Source: the human T2T-CHM13v2.0 reference genome, Homo sapiens
NCBI RefSeq assembly: GCF_009914755.1
Contig: NC_060940.1
Strand: one strand, 5' to 3'
DNA length: 64,000 bases
The position numbers were made by a program, and so were the translations under genes. Under the pieces are notes generated by a model that did no database searches, was not told the origin of the DNA, and worked only from the letters and a program-made list of their open reading frames with translations. Below, piece by piece: positions 1 through 26,945 of the stretch; the first letter of the stretch is position 1, and every line of letters starts with the position of its first letter.

Positions 1-381
<381 letters not shown>

Positions 382-458
382 TTATCTGTTGACTGCCTGA
401 GAAACATGAAGATCTTCAATGTTAGTACTTTTCTGTTCCTCCTTTCTTAGGTGGTCAT
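382..458 (-). CDS. CEP20: CEP20 exon 5 coding part (77 nt including TAA)
   Basis: TTTCAG|AT acceptor; encodes DDHLRKEEQKSTNIEDLHVSQAVNR-stop. Total CDS 525 nt = 174 aa + stop. Confidence 0.96.
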
Positions 459-632
459 CTGAAATGCACAGAAACCAATGTTAATACTTATCCCAAGTCA
501 AAACACACAGATAGGTAGACATAGCTACAAATATCTTAGGATGTTACATATTTAATATTCTATGAGTACTTTAGATGGTTTAGGACAATGAAAAAAACCC
601 ATTATTTTTTAAACACTATTGAAGAAATCAGA

Positions 633-2550
<1,918 letters not shown>

Positions 2551-3430
2551 TGAACTTATTTTCAAGTAAAAGCCAATTTAGTCTCAGGGTTTGATATTTC
2601 TGTTGAATGAGCTTCTGTGGAGACAAGGTGCTGTGATGTAGAATAAGGATTTTAGTATCTTCATAACCTTTTCAATGCTGTCAAATAAGAGTTACGGAGA
2701 CAGTAAGCTAGAGTTGAGGAAGTAAATGGAAAGCTTAAGTGTGTTACTGAAACATGATGCAGTTCTGGCTGACAACTTTCAAGGCACTACACAAAGAGGT
2801 TGTGTCAATAAAATTTTTGATGACCAAGAAAATAATTTGCAAAATCACTGTTCTTCCCCGATTCATTCAGCAGTCATCCTCATTTCTGAGCTGTCTGCAG
2901 AGCTTTCCACAGAACAGGCACCCAAGGTGGCTTTACTGACTTGAACTCGATTCTGATGTTCCTGGCACTTTAGTGGTGTACAGGTCGTGTGTCTAGGTGT
3001 CTCTTTCCCTCCCTCCCTCCATAAATACCTTTCTCTCTATGGTGTATGCGTAATCTACCGCTTTCATCTCAGAAGAACAGAAATTGGTTAGGAAATAGTG
3101 TTCCTTATAACTTTCTTACTAGTCATGAGCCGTGAGTATTAACAAGGCTGATTATGAAACTTACAAACCAGAAAGTTATTTCTCAAGCGGTTATTTTTCT
3201 TTATGGGACTGATAGTATCAATGACTTGGGGTTGCTGTGTTAAGAAGTGTTAAGGTGTACAATATCCACTGGTGACAACTGAACTCAGAAACTCATATTG
3301 TCATATATTCTTGGTAAGTGTATAGACTGATAAAGCCTTTTTGGAGGGGAATTAGACAATATCTACTACATTTTTAAATATGCATATCCTTTGAACCAAC
3401 AACTCTACTTTAGGCATCCACACAAGAGAA

Positions 3431-3510
3431 ACGTGTAGACAAAGATACAATGTTACATCACAATACTGTAATGTGTGGACAAAGATACAATGTTACATCA
3501 CAATACCGTA
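3431..3510. repeat. Tandem duplication, 2 x 40 bp, 3 mismatches
   Basis: acgtgtagacaaagatacaatgttacatcacaatactgta / atgtgtggacaaagatacaatgttacatcacaataccgta. Confidence 0.9.
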
Positions 3511-3559
3511 AAAGCAAAATATTTAAAACTAAATAAGAGTGATTATAAGGTGGGAGAGT

Positions 3560-6182
<2,623 letters not shown>

Positions 6183-6429
6183 AGAGTTTTAAATACTTCT
6201 ATAAAGAAATTACATCTAAGAATTCTGCCCAGTTATGCCTCCCACCCTTCCCTGTCCAAGATTCTTTACAAAAAGCATTCTGTTTCTTGGAGTAACATAG
6301 GCTAGACATATTAGATACAAGCAGAATTAAACTATGACTCAAAAGCTCAGTAAAGACTCCAAAAGAAAAATATATAGGAAGAAAACATATTTGCTGACAG
6401 CTAAATGATGAATCTTGGAAAACTCATAC

Positions 6430-6566
6430 CCATTGGCTTTCTTCTACTAGGTTGTCTGCCAAGACTTGGGTCTGAAGGCTGAAGTGAAGGCCCTTTCAGA
6501 AATGCATTCTGGATGCCATCCTTAGTTCCACGCAAGAAATGGGCTAAAATCCCATATAAAAGAGGT
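6430..6566 (-). CDS. CEP20: CEP20 exon 4 (137 nt), PLL motif
   Basis: Pyrimidine tract with CTATAG|ACC acceptor and ATG G|GTATGA donor. Encodes PLLYGILAHFLRGTKDG...RRKPM. Confidence 0.96.
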
Positions 6567-6969
6567 CTATAGCAGGAAGAAAACAAAACAAAACCAAAAG
6601 CTAATAAATCTGCATAAACGGGAAAAGCTTAAAACATTTATTCTTTAAAAGGTAACCTCTGACATCAAAAAGACCAAGTGATTCACTAGACTTTAAAAAG
6701 CGGCATGATTATCCAAAATGCAAATTGTTCATACTTTTAAATTTAAGAGTACCACTTAATTTCATGACAATTTTAAAACCCAGAGAAAACATGTTAACAA
6801 CTTAAACCTCATCTACACTGAAATATCATTTCTATCAATCCACAGGAATCTCTTTTAAACTCCAAAGTCCAGTAGAGTATTTCCCAATACCTAACCCCAT
6901 CTAATACACAACAGGTATTCAATAAACACCTCTTGATTAATAAGTCCTTGCCCTGAAAAAGTCTTAGGT

Positions 6970-7195
6970 CCTGAGAGCCAGGTGACCTGAGTTCAAATTC
7001 TGGCTTTGCCATTTGCTAGCTGTGGGACTCTGTGTAAGATTCTTAACCTCTCCAGCCTCATAAATGTTTCTTCCTTTATAAATTAGGATAAGCACCGTCC
7101 CTCCCTTATAGGGCTGTTATGCACTAAATGAGTTAATAAATGTCAAGTGTTTTTTACTGTGCCTGGCACATATGAAATGGTATATAAATGTTAGC
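6970..7195 (+). mobile_element. MIR SINE
   Basis: gagttcaaattctggctttgccatttgctagctgtggg ... gtgcctggcacat. Confidence 0.8.
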
Positions 7196-7654
7196 TCCTG
7201 TGTAGCTAACATTTATTTAGATTAATATTTATATTACCTATTATTTTAAAATCTTCTTTATAGTTTACAGAACGTATACCTCTTCTCATCTAATCCTCAT
7301 CGTGTAATGTCAAGATCATCAACTGCAATTTATAAAGGAGAAAACCACAGCCAGGAGATTTGCTAGAGATTCCCCCAGATAGTAAACAAAGTTTACACTT
7401 GAACCCCAAATCCCATATTGTTTTCCTTACAGTGTGCTGCCTGGGAATTTATATTAGTACTCTTGCATCAAGGAAAGCTGCTCTGCTGACAATCAAGAGT
7501 GGTACAATGGAAATGTTTTCCTTTGTTTCCAATCTCAAATTTGAAAACACAATTAAAAGGATTTAATCTTTATTTTTAATTTTTGTGGGTACATAGTAGG
7601 TGTATATATTTGTGGGGAGGATTTATTTTTTGAGATATGTATCTATTTACTAGC

Positions 7655-8090
7655 TGGTATAATGGTTTACAGTACAACGCTCCCTTCCAAAGATGGAATC
7701 TCATTGCCCTCTGAGTGTGAGCTGAACTCACTTCTAACTGGCACAAAGCTGACTTCAGAGGCCACGTGGTAATGGCCCTGCAGCTTCCTCCTTGCTTTCT
7801 CTCTTGGATTGCTGCCTTTGGGAGAAGTCAGATGCCTCAGGACACTTCAGCAGCCCTGGAAAGTTACATGCAGTAAGGAATTGAGGCCGCCTGTCAATAT
7901 CATTATGAGTTTGGAAGCAGATAGTTCAGCCACATTCAAGGCTTCCGACTACAACCCTGGCTGGCATCTTGACTCCAACCTCAAGGGGGAGCCTGAGCTA
8001 GACTTACGTGACTAAGCCAATCCCAAATCCCCGAATATTCCACAAATAATCTATGTTGTTGTTCTAAGCTACCAAATTCTGGAATAATAT
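7655..8090 (+). mobile_element. MaLR LTR (MLT1-type)
   Basis: aggaattgaggcc, agccacattcaaggcttcc and tgttgttgttctaagctaccaaatt motifs. Confidence 0.65.
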
Positions 8091-9206
8091 CACACTAATT
8101 TTTCCATGCCACAGGGAAACCAGGAAAGTAAGTTTCTTTATTTAATAAGATGCCGCAACTCTTATGAAAGCGTCACCTAGTAATATAAAACAGGTCTCTT
8201 TGTTTACTTTAATCTTCCCCAAAGTGTTAACTGGTTCAAGATGATTTTTAAATGTTAAAAGTTTTATTTTTTAAATAAATATTCAAAAAAATGTACTTGT
8301 GATTAAAATTTTGGGTTGGACATGGGGGCTCAGGCCTGTAATCCCAGGACTTTGGGGGGCCAGCCTGGCCTCAAACAGGAGTTTGAGACAGCCTGAACAA
8401 CATAGCGAGTCCCCTAGCTCTACAGCAATTTTATTTTAAATTAGCCACAGAAGGTAATATGCACCTGTGGTCCCAGCTACTTGGGAGGCTGAGGTGAGAG
8501 GATCGCTTGAGTGCAGAAGGGAGAGGCAACTTGCAAATTCATGGATTAAGGTTTATCTTTTAAAATAAGTTTCAAAAAGATAAAGAAAAGTGCGGCCTCA
8601 CAATAACTTGCCTGTAATTCTGAAATGCAAAATTCTGAAAACTGGATTCTCTTCATATATCTGGCAAAAAATCATCAGATGGCAAGGGTTGACCTAACAA
8701 GGCTATTAACAAGGCTATTACAGACTTTATCTTACTTTGTGTGAAAACATTAATGTGCTGGGTGTGGTGGCTCAAGCCTGTAATCCCAGCACTTTGGGAG
8801 GCCAAGGCAGGAGGATCACCTGAGGTCGGGAGTTCAAGACCAGCCTGACCAACATGGAGAAACCCCGTATCTACTAAAAATACAAAATTAGCCGGGTGTG
8901 GTGGCATGCTCCTGTAATCCCAGCTACTCAGGAGGCTGAGGCAGAAGAGTCACTTGAACCCAAGAGGCAGAGGTTGCAGTGAGCTGAGATCATGTCATTG
9001 CACTCAAAAAAAAAAAAAAAAGAGAAAGAAAATATTAATGTGATTGTGGAATACTACTTTAGGACTCCCTGGCACATACATGTAGTATTTGGTAGATGTA
9101 CCATATTACTTTTTTTTTTTTTTTAAAGAATTGAAGTCTTGGGCCGATGGCTCACACCTGTAATCCTAGCACTTTGGGAGGCCGAGGCAGGAGGATCATG
9201 AGGTCA

Positions 9207-9477
<271 letters not shown>

Positions 9478-9792
9478 TCACTGCAGCCTCAATCTCCTGG
9501 ATTTAAGTAATCTTCTTGCCTCACCCTCCTAAGTAGCTAGGACTACAGGCATGTCATTTTAAAACCCGACAGCATTTGGATTTTCAAACATGTATCTGGC
9601 CTCAGTGGTTTCAGATGCAGCACTGCAGATCTGTAAGTAAATAATATGAGTAATATGTGACTATGGCAAACTCTGTGAATGCCAATCACTGAAGTGTGAG
9701 AAACAAGGGCTTAAAGAAGTTACCTAACTTTTAAAAAATAAAGCCGTTTTAGCAACTTTTTTTTTTGCTTCCTCATCCTCTCTCAAACTTAC

Positions 9793-10091
9793 TTTTTTTT
9801 TTTTTTTTGGAAACGGAGTCTCGCTTCTGTCGCCCAGGCTGAGTGCAGTGGCACGATCTCGGCTCACTGCAAGCTCCACCTCCCCGTTTGACGCCCATTT
9901 TCCTGCCTCGGCCTCCCAAGTAGCTGGGACTACAGGCATCCGCCACCTTGCCCGGCTAATTTTTTGTATGTTTAGCAGAGACGGGGTTTCACCGTGTTAG
10001 CCAGGATGGTCTCCATTTCCTAACCTCGTGATCTGCCCGCCTCGGCCTCCCAAAGTGCTGAGATTACAGGCGTGAGCCAATGCGCCCGGCC
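9793..10091 (-). mobile_element. AluY-type element abutting the U6 pseudogene tail
   Basis: Full dimer, CpG-rich, with AluY-like GCTAACACGG and GGAGCTTGCAG positions and an A16 tail. Confidence 0.85.
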
Positions 10092-10100
10092 TTCTTTTTT

Positions 10101-10206
10101 AAAAAAATATGAAACATTTCACGAATTTGCGTGTCATCCCTTTGCCGGGGCCATGCTAATCTCTGTACCGCTCCAATTTTAGTTTATGTGCTGTTAAAGT
10201 GAGCAC
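10101..10206 (-). pseudogene. Full-length U6 snRNA retropseudogene
   Basis: Minus strand GTGCTCACTTTAACAGCACATAAACTAAAATTGG...ATTAGCATGGCCCC...GATGACACGCAAATTCGTGAA...CATATTTTTTT aligns end to end to U6, with substitutions and a 3-nt deletion after ACAGAGA. Confidence 0.95.
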
Positions 10207-10520
10207 AAACTTCTTAATACTTTCATCTGAAGTAGGTATCTCAAAAGCTACCAAGAAGCCAGTAATAGTCATTGCTTATTTCCATCAACTGCTAAATGTA
10301 AAATGATGTCTTGTATTAAATGATGTAATAACTCACTGCTCATCCTAAGTCACGCTTAGATTCCCCCAATTATTTTTCCCACTGTTCTCAATTATACAAT
10401 TTTTATACTTTTCAAAACACTTGTTACCAGGTGCAGTGGCTCATGCCTGTAATCCCAACACTTTGGAAGGCCAAGGTAGGTGGATAACTTGAGCTGAGGA
10501 ATTGGAGACCAGCCTGGCTA

Positions 10521-10772
<252 letters not shown>

Positions 10773-11480
10773 TCACTTGAGGCCAGGAGTTCGAGACCGG
10801 CCTGGCCAACATGGTGAAACCCCATCTCTACAAAAAAATATGAAAAAAAATTAGCTGGGCATGGTGGTGCACACCTGTAATCCCAGCTACTCAGGAGGCT
10901 GAGGCAGAATCAGTTGAACCCAGGAGGAGATTGCGGTGAGCTGAGATGGGGCCACTGCACTCCAGCATGGGCGACAGAGCGAGACCCTATCTCACAAAAA
11001 GGAAAAAAGAAAAAAAAAAGAAACAAGGGAAGATGAGAGGAAGAGAAAGAGGAAAATGCCATAAAGGAGTTACTATCTGAACAGGGCCAACAGAAAGGAA
11101 AGATGCTCCAATAGAAGTTAAGATGCTCCAATAGAAGAGGGAGAAAGGTGATGTAGGGCTTCTAGGATAAGGGAATGGTTTACAAGGCAAAGCAGCATAA
11201 AGTTGCAAAGTGTCTTCCAGGCATAATCAGAAATCAGGTGTGAGCAGATAGAACAACAGACGGGTAGAAAGAGGTGTAAAGTGCTACGCTAAGCAACAGG
11301 GACTTCACTATACACACAATGACAAAGGTAGTATATGATCCTGGAACATTAATTTTACACAAGGATTTGTGGGAGAGTTAGATTTAACTGGAATGTCATT
11401 TAAAACATTTATATAGTAAAGCAAACAACTTTCAGAACTTTTTTTTTTTTTTTGAGACAGGGTCTGATTCTGTCACCTAG

Positions 11481-11642
<162 letters not shown>

Positions 11643-12535
11643 TGACCAGGCTGGTCTCAAACTCCTGACCTCAGGTGATCCACTTGCCTCAGCCTCTGAA
11701 GTGCTGGGACTACAGGCATGAGCCACCACGTCTGGCTAGAGATGGGGTTTCCCCATGTTGTCCAGGCTAGTCTTGAACTCCTGAGCTCAAGTGATCCTTC
11801 CACTTCAGCCTTCCAAAGTGCTGGCATTACAGGCACGAGATACCTCACTTGGCCTTAAGAACTTTTAGGATGAGAAAACGTAAGGCTTCAAAGAAAGTTC
11901 TAGATTTAAAAAAAGGCTGCTTTAAGCTATGTTCTCAGGTCTCCTATGTACTTTTTTTTTTTTTTTTGGCTATACAGGGACTCTCCAGAAAAAGTTTAAG
12001 AAACACTGAAATAGAAAAAAACTAAGAAAACTAGAAAGTGGTCATCCTCCTTTTCAAGAGCATAGTTGGTGAGAGGAGGTACACAGAGGGCAAAGGACAG
12101 AGTAATAGTAACGAAAGCAGTGGGCTGATTCAGTAATCTTGGTAGAAAAAGGTATTCGAGCAGAAGCTTGGGGTTGGAAGTTCATAGTTTTTGTTTTTGT
12201 TTTTGTTTTTGTTTTAGGAGAGGAGAGATCTGAGTACATTCCTAAGTTGGAGTGAAGGAAGAGTTAAATATGAAGAAAACAACTGACAAGGCAAAGTCTC
12301 AGAGGCCAGGCATGGAGGGCTCACACCTGCAACCCTAGCACTTTGGGAGGCCAAGGCAGGAAGATCACTTGAGGTCAGGAGTTCGAGACCAGCCTGGGCA
12401 AAAAAGCGAGGCCTTGCCTCTACAAAAATAATTTGAAAATACAAATAAAAGTTGAAATTATAAATTAAAAAACAAACAAAGCCTTAGAAGGACAAAGGAT
12501 CAAGAAGTCAAAAGGAGCTAACTCCAGAAAGAAGA

Positions 12536-12546
12536 TGCTGAGTCAC
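12536..12546 (-). promoter_or_regulatory. Consensus antioxidant response element (NRF2/sMAF) GTGACTCAGCA
   Basis: Exact RTGACTCAGCA match in intron 3, with a second AP-1 core TGACTCA at 12698-12704. Motif only; function not shown. Confidence 0.5.
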
Positions 12547-12742
12547 TCTGAAGCCATGTAATTGTAGCTTCAGCAAACACAGATCTCATCTGACTTATTC
12601 ACTGCTGCACACCCTGGATTTAGGACAATGCTTGACACACACTAGATCTGAATAAATACTTGAATTAAAATGAAGTAAAACCACCATGGTGCAATTATGA
12701 CTCAATACAATATGTGGAAACTTCTTTAAAAAAATTTCTTAC

Positions 12743-12827
12743 ATTGTATTATCCTTTGATTCTTCAAATGCATTTAGTTCATGGATGAGAAACTGTCTGT
12801 CCAACGGAACTACAGGTTGACCAGATT
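12743..12827 (-). CDS. CEP20: CEP20 exon 3 (85 nt)
   Basis: TTTCTCCCAG|AATCT acceptor and ACAAT|GTAAG donor. Encodes ESGQPVVPLDRQFLIHELNAFEESKDNTI in frame; too short to appear in the ORF track. Confidence 0.95.
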
Positions 12828-13194
12828 CTGGGAGAAATAAATTCATGAGAACACTCAGTCTATTAAACTAAAAAGCAAATAAGATTTTGAAAAGAATCAC
12901 ATTTACCAGACATACACTTTTTAGATTTTGGAAGAATGATGACAACACACACCAAGACAGATCAAATTGCCTGTGATTTTATGACTTTCAAAATATCTCT
13001 TTTGTTAAATGCATGTCTTAATACAGTTTAACATAAATTCACTTTTTAAATTCCCCAGTGTTTGGTTGGAAAAATACCATTTCTATATCCAAATTATAAT
13101 ACTAAATTTTGGAAGTCTGTTTATCAATAACTTATTTTTGAAAAGAATATCCACTTGGTGACAATACTTATAAATAAAAATTAAAGTTAACCTG

Positions 13195-14190
13195 AAGTGT
13201 GGGGCAGCTGGAACTTTCACACTTTGCTGGTGGGAAAGCACAATGGTACAGGCACTTTGGAAAACAGTTGAGCAGTTTTCTTATAAAGGTGAGCGTGCAC
13301 TTAACCACACAACCCAGCAATCTCACTCTTAGCTTTCTACCCAAGATTAATGAAAACTTATGTTCTCACAAAAACCTGTATGTAAATGTTTATGGCAGCT
13401 TGATTCCTAACTGCTAAAACTAGAAACAACTCAATGCCCATCAACTGGTCATAGATGAGCAAACTAGCACAGCCACACAATAGAACAGTGTTCAAAGGAA
13501 AAACAAACATGGCTGAATCTTGAATGTATTACACTAAGTGAAAAAAGGCAGACTCAAAAGGCTACATCATGTACGGTTCCATCTACAGCAAGGGTCCCCA
13601 ACCCCCGAGCCACAGATTAGAAACTGGGCCACACAGCAGGAGGTGAGGAGTGGGCAAGCAAGTGAGGGAAGCTTGATCTGTGTTTACAGCTGCTGCCCAT
13701 CACTAGCATCACTGCCTGAGCTCAGCCTCCTGTTGGCAGAATTAGATTCTCATAGAAGCGTGAACCCTATTGTGAACTGCACATGCGAGGGATCTGGGCT
13801 GTGCACTCCTTATGAGAATCTAAGGCCTGATGATCTCTCACTGCCTCCCATCACCCCCAGATGGGACCATCTAGTTGCAGGAAAACAGGCTTAGGGCTCC
13901 CACTGATTCTACATTATGGTGAGTTATAATTATTTCATTATATATTACAACACAATCATAGAAATAAAATGCACAATAAATGGAGTATGCTTGAATCATC
14001 CTGAACCATCCTCCCAGGTCCATGGAAAAATTGTCTTCCATGAAACCAGTCCCTGGTGCCAAAAAGGCTGGTGATATCTTGATTGTGATCTGGTAGTAAT
14101 TACACAACTGCAGGCATTTGACTAAAGTACAGAACTGTACAGTTTAAAAGGTAAATTTTATTGTATGTAAATTATATCCCAGTTTTTTAA
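13195..14190 (+). mobile_element. Old L1 (L1MB/MC-like) 3' fragment interrupted by MER1
   Basis: gctggtgggaaagcacaatggtacaggcactttggaaaacagtt ... ttgtatgtaaattatatccc. Confidence 0.75.
13589..14075 (+). mobile_element. MER1A-like hAT-Charlie DNA transposon
   Basis: Begins caagggtccccaaccccc and ends aaaccagtccctggtgccaaaaaggctgg. Confidence 0.85.
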
Positions 14191-14864
14191 AAAAAGCCAA
14201 ACCATTTAATATGAAAACTTGACTACTGTCACTATATTTCATTCTAGTGAATCCCAAGTCCCCACTATTTTCATAATTTCTTCTTTTCTGGGTGTAACTG
14301 GTATCATACAGCCATCTATAACAAACAAAGGAAAGCAGAGATGCTGATATCAAAGATCCTTAAACCATAAAAATCATGAGTCTTTATGTAGTTCAGACGT
14401 ATGTTTAATATTAAATAAAGGATCTGTAACGAAAAATTCTAACTTCACAAAGAATTCATTCTCTCTTGCAAAATCTACTTCCTGGCCTCGCTTCTTTGCT
14501 GAGGCATGAAGTAGTCAAAGCAGAGATGGAACCTGAAACGAGGGAATCCGATGACACACATTCAGGGTGCCTCAGACCAACCCCCAGCTGCATCCCCCAC
14601 CCCACCAAGTCCAGGGGTAACCAGGATTCTGACTTATTTATATCCATCCAGTCTCTCCTCACTTTTTTGAAAGAAGACATTTAAAAGTCAGCAGAAGATA
14701 TTAAAAATATTCTCACCACTCAATAACTGTTACACTTGAAGAGCAAATTTATTTCTCAAGAAATAAAATTCAACAGATAAAGGGAATTTATCTTTATCTC
14801 CCCACCCCCAACCCCCAATATCATTCTCTGCCTCCTATCACTAGGATGAGTTTGGAGTTTCCCG

Positions 14865-15575
<711 letters not shown>

Positions 15576-15674
15576 AGCCTAGTCCTTTATAAATACCATG
15601 CTTTTAGATACATACATTTGTAAATGTACCTAAGCACTACATAGTAGTAATATTTCAAAGTTTTATCTCCATTA

Positions 15675-15676
<2 letters not shown>

Positions 15677-15720
<44 letters not shown>

Positions 15721-15744
15721 GATACACACACACACACACACACA
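15677..15744. repeat. Compound STR (TCTA)11 followed by (AC)10
   Basis: Read directly from the sequence. Confidence 0.95.
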
Positions 15745-15799
15745 AATAGACATATATCTACATATCTATATATAGACAGGGACAGTTTTTTTTCTTTTA

Positions 15800-21035
<5,236 letters not shown>

Positions 21036-21289
21036 CAAGGAGGGGAGGGCTACTTAACAGGTTGTTGTAAGGACCCAACGAGACAACCAAGCAAATTGTT
21101 TAGGGCAGTGCCTAACCCAATAGGGGTTGTGGGAATTGTAGTCATCAGCCCTGAGTGCCAAGCCTGGTCCAAGTCCTCCAGCCCCCGGCAGGGTCCAAGA
21201 AGATGAGCCAGGGGCCCAAGATGCAGGCCTGTAGGCCTCTTAGATGCCTGAAGATTACGCAACTCCTCCTTTAGCTCCAAACTGGCTTA

Positions 21290-21790
21290 AAACTCGCCAG
21301 TGGGCAACCTCTTCCCCATAAGAGCTCCCCGCGCACGGGCCAAGACAGCAGCCAGACGCTCCCCGCAGGCCCTCACACCGAAGAATGACGCCTGTAAAAG
21401 CCAACCCATGTGTTCCGCGCGCTCTCCTCCCATCCCATCCTTTCCACAAGATGAAGGCCCGACGCTTCCCATGTGGAGGCCTCCCTGCTCGCACTCACCA
21501 GCCTTCAACTCTGCCACAGTCGCCATTTTTCAACGGCCGCCAGGGCCGCACCGCGGCCCTGCGCACGCGCAGCTCCGCCCCACTCACCCTGCGGCGTGGT
21601 CTGTAGCCAATAGGCGCACAGCTCTCGCCCCGCCCACTTCCGCCCCTCTCAGTTTATGAGCTCTGCGGTTGAGTGGGTAGTGAATGTCGACCAGAGACTC
21701 CACCAATCAGCGAGCGCTCTCGGAAGGCCCAGTTGAGTGAGACGGCAGGGAGGGCGGGGACTGAGGCAGTGGAGAGCCCTGTGGGGTGCT
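21290..21790 (-). promoter_or_regulatory. CpG-rich TATA-less CEP20 promoter
   Basis: Local CpG enrichment. NRF1-type TGCGCACGCGCA 21560-21571; CCAAT 21607-21611 and 21703-21707; GC box 21628-21635; ETS CGGAAGTG (minus) 21635-21642; YY1-type AAAATGGCG over the start codon. Confidence 0.9.
21499..21526 (-). CDS. CEP20: CEP20 coding exon 1 (MATVAELKA + 1 nt, 28 nt)
   Basis: Minus strand AAAATGGCG start, ending GCT G|GTGAGT donor. Joins exon 2 in frame to give MATVAELKAVLKDTLEKKG, the FOR20/FOPNL N-terminus. Confidence 0.97.
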
Positions 21791-21884
21791 GCTGGCACCT
21801 TAGTGCTTAACTTTAGCCAGCTGAGTTTTTCATTGTCTCTGCAGCCTCAAGTACCAACTGCTAGTAGTTACCACCTATTAACCC

Positions 21885-22078
21885 TGCGGTTCTCAAACTT
21901 GAGCATGAATCCTCATCACCTCCAAGACTTGTTTAAACGGATTGTTTGCTAGTCCTCCCCATAGAGTTTCTGATTCTGTAAATCTGGGGTGAGGCCCTAG
22001 GATTTGCATTTCTATCGAGTTCCCAGGTGGTACTGGTACTGCTGGTCGGTCTGGAGATCACACCTCGAGAACCACTGT
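21885..22078 (+). mobile_element. MER5A-like hAT DNA transposon
   Basis: Terminal inverted repeats cggttctcaaac / cgagaaccactg; internal tttctgattctgta and atttgcatttcta. Confidence 0.8.
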
Positions 22079-22421
22079 ATTAAGCACTTACTGTGACGCC
22101 TTAGCGCATTATTTCCTTATGATCACGCCGTTTTTACAATGAAGGAAACAGAGTCCTCCATCGCTGAAGAGACTTAACCAAGGTCACCAGCCTGTCCTCT
22201 TCCACTCGCACTTACACAGTGCATGTAAGGAGTCCAGGAGCTTTTTATGGAACTAACTAATGAAGGAATAAGCTCCAACATCCCATGGAAGTAAAGGAAA
22301 AGGAACAGGGGAATAATGTACCCTAAACTGAGTGTGAGGTTGCATGATTCCAGTTGTAATGCCGGTGAGATCCAAACACTTGGCTAAATAATAAACATCG
22401 ATTAGACGTACACCTAAGAGT

Positions 22422-24570
<2,149 letters not shown>

Positions 24571-24577
24571 GAGATGC

Positions 24578-24790
24578 CTTTTCTTTCCCTTCCTTCCTTC
24601 CTTCCTTCCTTCCTTCCTTCCTTCCTTTCCTCCCTCCTCTCTCTCTCCTTCCTTCCTTCCTCCCCGCCCTTTCCCTTTCCTTCCTTCCTTCCCTCCCTCC
24701 CTCCCTCTTTCTCTCTTTCTCTTTCTTTCTTTCTTTCTTTTCTTTCTTTCTTTCTCTCTCTCTTTCCTCTTTCTCTCTTACTTTTTCTTG
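24578..24790. repeat. Polypyrimidine (TTCC)n/(TTTC)n tract
   Basis: Read directly from the sequence. Confidence 0.95.
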
Positions 24791-25359
24791 AGACTTAAAA
24801 AAAAAGGGGGGCCAGGCAGAGTATCTTGACCTAGAGTCTAGGATAATGCTCTTTAAACTGCTGGTTAACCAAATAGTAGGTTTTGAAATCTATTTATTAG
24901 TAGATCCCCATGAGTACATTTTCAGTGAAATGGAATGTAACAAATAGAAAACATAGAAGTATGGTTTTCTAGAACTTTCCTTTCAGGTACACATGTGTGT
25001 TCTGGTACCTGTTGTATTTCTTAAAGTGATCAGCCATCAGAAAAGTTTGAAAGTGATTGTAACCTAGAGGAATCTCTTCCTATTCCAAACTGGATTAATT
25101 TTTGACTGGATTAATTTTTGATTATGGGACACATATCTGTTCTGTAACCTTGAAAAGGTCCTATCTTGTTTCTCTACTCTGTAAAACCACAGTGACTGAA
25201 TACCTGGCCAGCATTTCAAGAGATTTTTGGGGATTAACTAAATTCCATAGGTGGTATTTTTAAGTCCCTCAGAAAAAGCACTCCTGTGGTGTTATGATAT
25301 AGGTATTGATTTTCATCTCCACGATTCCTGGCATCTAACTCCCATTCACCTCATTATAA

Positions 25360-26945
<1,586 letters not shown>

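Noticed and set aside
10101-10206. Functional U6 snRNA gene
   Set aside because: Substitutions in the 5' stem and internal stem-loop, a 3-nt deletion, an A-tail with TSD and no evident upstream PSE/TATA indicate a retropseudogene.
21287-21659. Overlapping GC-rich ORFs at the promoter
   Set aside because: Expected stop-codon scarcity in a CpG island; only the first 28 nt of the MATVAELKA frame are exonic.
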